This document shows, piece by piece, positions 59,001 through 64,000 of a stretch of 64,000 nt of DNA. How positions within the stretch are numbered: position 1 is the stretch's first letter; every line of letters starts with the position of its first letter. Position numbers and translations under genes: made by a program. The notes under the pieces were generated by a model. That model worked only from the letters and a program-made list of their open reading frames with translations. It searched no databases and was not told the DNA's origin. The stretch is from Tubulanus polymorphus (Eukaryota; Animalia; Nemertea), in contig NC_134033.1 of the NCBI RefSeq assembly GCF_964204645.1, positions 13,400,655 through 13,464,654 on the forward strand, read 5' to 3'.

Positions 59001-62000
59001 TGTCGTATCGGTGCTCACCGAGGTCGATGTGTCTATCGTAGTGGAGGTGTCAGTCGAGGACGAGGTAGACGAATCCGTTGTTAAGGTCGTATCGGTGCTC
59101 GCCGAGGTCGATGTGTCTACCGTAGTGGAGGTGTCAGTCGAAGACGAAGTAGACGAATCGGTTGGTGATGTCGTCTCGGTGCTCGTCGATGTTGATTTGT
59201 CCACCGTAGTGGAGGTGTCAGTCGAGGACGAAGTAGACGAATCCGTTGGTGATGTCGTCTCGGTGCTCGACGAGGTCGATGTGTCTACCGTAGTTGAGCT
59301 GACAGTCGAGGACGAAGTAGACAAATCCGTTGTTGAGGTCGTATCGGTACTCACCGAGGTCGATGTGTCTACCGTAGTGGAGGTGTCAGTCGAGGACAAA
59401 GTAGACGAATCCGTTGGTGATGTCGTCTCGGTGCTCGCCGACGTTGATGTGTCCACCGTAGTGGAGGTGTCAGTCGAGGACGAAGTAGACGAATCCGTTG
59501 GTGATGTCGTCTCGGTGCTCGACGAGGTCGATGTGTCTACCGTAGTTGAGCTGACAGTCGAGGACGAAGTAGACAAATCCGTTGTTGAGGTCGTATCGGT
59601 ACTCACCGAGGTCGATGTGTCTTCCGTAGTGGAGCTGACAGTCGAGGATAAAGTAGACGAACCCGTTGGTGATGTCGTCACGGTGCTCGCCGAGGTCGAT
59701 GTGTCTACCGTAGTTGATGTGTCAGTCGAGGACGAAGTAGACGAATCCGTTGTAAAGGTCGTATCGGTGCTCACCGAGGTCGATGTGTCTACCGTAGTGG
59801 AGGTGTCAGTCGAGGATGAAGTAGACGAATCCGTTGGTGATGCCGTCACGGTACTCGCCGAGGTCGATGTGTCTACCGAAGAGGAGCTTACAGTCGAGGA
59901 TGAAGTCGACGAATCCGTTGGTGTTGTCGTCTCGGTACTCGCCGAGATCGATGTGTCTACCGTAGAGGAGCTTACAGTCGAGGATGAAGTAGACGAATCC
60001 GTTGGTGATATCGTATCGGTACTCGCCGAGGTCGATGTGTCTACCGTAGTGGAGCTGACAGTCGAGGATAAAGTAGACGAATCCGTTGGTGATGTCGTGT
60101 CGGTGCTCGCCGAGGTCGATGTGTCTACCGTAGTTGATGTGTCAGTCGAGGATGAAGTAGACGAATCCGTTGGTGATGTCGTATCTGTGCTCACCGAGGT
60201 CGATGTGTCTACCGTAGTTGATGTGTCAGTCGAGGATGAAGTAGACGAATCCGTTGGTGATGTCGTATCGGTACTCGCCGAGGTCGATGTGTCTACCGTA
60301 GTGGAGCTGACAGTGGAGGATGAAGTAGACGAATCCGTTGGTGATGTCGTCTCGGTGCTCGCCGATGTCGATGTGTCTACCGTAGTTGATGTGTCAGTCG
60401 AGGATGAAGTAGACGAATCCGTTGGAGATGTCGTCTCGGTGCTCGCCGATGTCGATGTGTCTACCGTAGTTGATGTGTCAGTCGAGGATGAAGTAGACGA
60501 ATCCGTTGGTGATGTCGTATCGGTGCTCACCGAGGTCGATGTGTCTACCGTAGTTGATGTGTCAGTCGAGGATGAAGTAGACGAATCCGTTGGTGATGTC
60601 GTCTCAATGCTCGCCGATGTCGATGTGTCTACCGTAGTGGAGCTGACAGTGGAGGATGAAGTAGACGAATCCGTTGGTGATGTCGTCTCGATGCTCACCG
60701 ATGTCGATGTGTCTACCGTAGTTGATGTGTCAGTCGAGGATGAAGTAGACGAATCCGTTGGTGATGTCGTCTCGATGCTCGCCGATGTCGATGTGTCTAC
60801 CGTAGTTGATGTGTCAGTCGAGGATGAAGTAGACGAATACGTTGGTGATGTCGTCTCGGTGCTCGCCGATGTCGATGTGTCTACCGTAGTTGATATGTCA
60901 GTCGAGAATATAGTAGACGAATCCGTTGGTGATGTCGTATCGGTGCTCACCGAGGTCGATGTGTCTATTGTAGTGGAGTTGTCAGTCGAGGATGAAGTAG
61001 ACGAATCCGTTGGTGATGTCGTATCGGTGCTCGCCGAGGTCGATGTGTCTACCGTAGTTGATGTGTCAGTTGAGGATGAAGTAGACGAATCCGTTGGTGT
61101 TGTCGTTTCGGTGCTCACCGAGGTCGATGTGTCTACCGTAGTGGATGTGTCAGTCGAGGATGAAGTAGACGAATCCGTTGGTGATGTCGTATCTGTGCTC
61201 ACCGAGGTCGATGTGTCTACCGTAGTTGATGTGTCAGTCGAGGATGAAGTAGACGAATCCGTTGGTGATGTCGTATCGGTACTCGCCGAGGTCGATGTGT
61301 CTACCGTAGTGGAGCTGACAGTGGAGGATGAAGTTGACGAATCGGTTGGTGATGTCGTCTCGGTGCTGGCCGATGTGGATGTGTCTACCGTAGTTGATAT
61401 GTCTGTCGAGGATGAAGTCGACGAATCCGTTGGTGATGTCGTATCGGTACTCGCCGAGGTCGATGTGTCTACCGTAGTGGAGCTGACAGTCGAGGATAAA
61501 GTAGACGAATCCGTTGGTGATGTCGTATCGGTACTCACCGAGGTCGATGTGTCTACCGTAGTGGAGCTGACAGTCGAGGATGAAGTAGACGAATCCGTTG
61601 GTGATGTCGTCACGGTGCTCGCCGAGGTCGATGTGTCTACCGTAGTGGAGGTGTCAGTCGAGGACGAAGTCGACGAATCCGTTGTAAAGGTCGTATCGGT
61701 GCTCACCGAGGTCGATGTGTCTACCGTAGTTGATGTGTCTGTCGAGGATGAAGTAGACGAATCCGTTGGTGATGTCGTATCGGTGCTCACCGAGGTCGAT
61801 GTGTCTACCGTAGTTGATGTGTCAGTCGAGGATGAAGTAGACGAATCCGTTGGTGTTGTCGACTCGGTACTCACCGAGGTCGATGTGTCTACCGTAGTTG
61901 ATGTGTCAGTCGAGGATGAAGTAGACGAATCCGTTGGTGATGTCGTATCGGTGCTCACCGAGGTCGATGTGTCTATCGTAGTGGAGGTGTCAGTCGAGGA

Positions 62001-64000
62001 CGAGGTAGACGAATCCGTTGTTAAGGTCGTATCGGTGCTCACCGAGGTCGATGTGTCTAACGTAGTTGATGTGTCAGTTGAGGATGAAGTAGACGAATCC
62101 GTTGGTGATGTCGTCACGGTGCTCGCTGAGGTCGAAGTGTCTACCGTAGTTGATGTGTCAGTTGAGGATGAAGAAGACGAATCCGTTGGTGATGTCGTCA
62201 CGGTGCTCGCCGAGGTCGAAGTGTCTACCGTAGTTGATGTGTCAGTTGAGGACGAAGTAGACGAATCCGTTGGTGATGTCGTCTCGGTGCTCGCCGATGT
62301 TGATGTGTCCACCGTAGTGGAGGTGTCAGTCGAGGACGAAGTAGACGAATCCGTTGGTGATATCGTCTCGGTGCTCGACGAGGTCGATGTGTCTACCGTA
62401 GTTGAGCTGACAGTCGAGGACGAAGTAGACAAATCCGTTGTTGAGGTCGTATCGGTACTCACCGAGGTCGATGTGTCTTCCGTAGAGGAGCTTACAGTCG
62501 AGGATGAAGTAGACGAATCCGTTGGTGATATCGTATCGGTACTCGCCGAGGTCGATGTGTCTACCGTAGTGGAGCTGACAGTCGAGGATAAAGTAGACGA
62601 ATCCGTTGGTGATGTCGTGTCGGTGCTCGCCGAGGTCGATGTGTCTACCGTAGTTGATGTGTCAGTCGAGGATGAAGTAGACGAATCCGTTGGAGATGTC
62701 GTATCTGTGCTCACCGAGGTCGATGTGTCTACCGTAGTTGATGTGTCAGTCGAGGATGAAGTAGACGAATCCGTTGGTGATGTCGTATCGGTACTCGCCG
62801 AGGTCGATGTGTCTACCGTAGTGGAGCTGACAGTGGAGGATGAAGTAGACGAATCCGTTGGTGATGTCGTCTCGGTGCTGGCCGATGTGGATGTGTCTAC
62901 CGTAGTTGATATGTCTGTCGAGGATGAAGTTGACGAATCCGTTGGTGATGTCGTCTCGATGCTCGCCGATGTCGATGTGTCTACCGTAGTTGATGTGTCA
63001 GTCGAGGATGAAGTAGACGAATCCGTTGGTGATGTCGTCTCGGTGCTCGCCGATGTCGATGTGTCTACCGTAGTTGATGTGTCAGTCGAGGATGAAGTAG
63101 ACGAATCCGTTGGTGATGTCGTATCGGTGCTCACCGAGGTCGATGTGTCTACCGTAGTTGATGTGTCAGTCGAGGATGAAGTAGACGAATCCGTTGGTGA
63201 TGTCGTCTCAATGCTCGCCGATGTCGATGTGTCTACCGTAGTGGAGCTGACAGTGGAGGATGAAGTAGACGAATCCGTTGGTGATGTCGTCTCGATGCTC
63301 ACCGATGTCGATGTGTCTACCGTAGTTGATGTGTCAGTCGAGGATGAAGTAGACGAATCCGTTGGTGATGTCGTCTCGATGCTCGCCGATGTCGATGTGT
63401 CTACCGTAGTTGATGTGTCAGTCGAGGATGAAGTAGACGAATACGTTGGTGATGTCGTCTCGGTGCTCGCCGATGTCGATGTGTCTACCGTAGTTGATGT
63501 GTCAGTCGAGGATGAAGTAGACGAATCCGTTGGTGTTGTCGTCTCGGTACTCGCCGAGGTCGATGTGTCTACCGTAGAGAAGCTAACAGTCGAGGATGAA
63601 GTAGACGAATCCGTTGGTGATGTCGTGTCGGTACTCGCCGAGGTCGATGTGTCTACCGTAGTGGAGCTGACAGTGGAGGATGAAGTTGACGAATCCGTTG
63701 GTGATGTCGTCTCGGTGCTGGCCGATGTGGATGTGTCTACCGTAGTTGATATGTCTGTCGAGGATGAAGTAGACGAATCCGTTGGTGATGTCGTATCGGT
63801 ACTCGCCGAGGTCGATGTGTCTACCGTAGTGGAGCTGACAGTCGAGGATAAAGTAGACGAATCCGTTGGTGATGTCGTGTCGGTGCTCGCCGAGGTCGAT
63901 GTGTCTACCGTAGTGGAGGTGTCAGTCGAGGACGAAGTAGTCGAATCCGTTGGTGTTGTCGTTTCGGTGCTCACCGAGGTCGATGTGTCTACCGTAGTGG
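26025..64000 (-). CDS. Giant membrane-tethered mucin (PTS repeats - SEA - EGF-like - TM - cytoplasmic tail), 5' end outside window, >12,300 aa
   Basis: Repeat exon >=28004-64000 (donor AAA A|gttagt), then exons 27801-27922, 27651-27712, 27387-27577 (SEA-like, LSNGSVI), 27108-27303 and 26780-26953 (Cys-rich/EGF CSGNGAC...CVCNESYTGSEC, TM IAISLGAVFGVLLIAIIFTVIIIFV, stop-transfer RRRKKR), 26586-26700, 26194-26415, 26025-26114 (FKIKRPKV...TNTI*). All phases are consistent. Confidence 0.9.
28040..64000 (-). repeat. Coding tandem array, 84-bp (28-aa) unit made of two 42-bp half-units, about 430 copies in window
   Basis: Consensus STETTSPTDSSTSS/STDTSTTVDTSTSA; the frame is unbroken, with only in-frame 3-nt indels. 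Confidence 0.97.

Noticed and set aside
28045-64000. Long Val/Asp/Glu/Ser-rich ORFs on the + strand (788-2533 aa)
   Set aside because: Antisense shadow of the mucin. This frame shares wobble positions with the sense frame and is stopped only opposite rare Tyr codons (28380, 30753, 34530, 37155, 44775, 47400), while the - frame is unbroken and splices to SEA/EGF/TM exons.

Overview
Eukaryotic (animal, invertebrate-like) gene-dense genomic DNA with short GT-AG introns; not prokaryotic. Five protein-coding genes were reconstructed by hand from splice sites and frame continuity. (1) The large first coding exon of a TSC22D/bunched long isoform (- strand, 5504-7272); its TSC-box exons lie outside the window. 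(2) An uncharacterised intron-containing gene for a tandem DUF1330-like (dimeric alpha-beta barrel) protein (+, ~10203-12796). (3) An 11-exon ATG4A/B-type cysteine protease (-, 14283-20374). (4) A RagA/B GTPase with 7 coding exons (+, 21343-23853), head-to-head with ATG4. (5) A giant membrane-tethered mucin (-, 26025 to beyond 64000): one uninterrupted reading frame of at least 36 kb encodes about 430 copies of an acidic 28-aa Ser/Thr repeat with nested 3.8, 4.7 and ~10 kb higher-order duplications, followed by exons for a SEA domain (G/SVI motif), EGF-like modules, a TM helix and a cytoplasmic tail. Introns carry several MITEs, two L2/CR1-like LINE 3' remnants, a 44-bp minisatellite and a (TA)n run. 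The giant mucin exon is the most unusual element. No database searches were run; identities rest on motif recognition.
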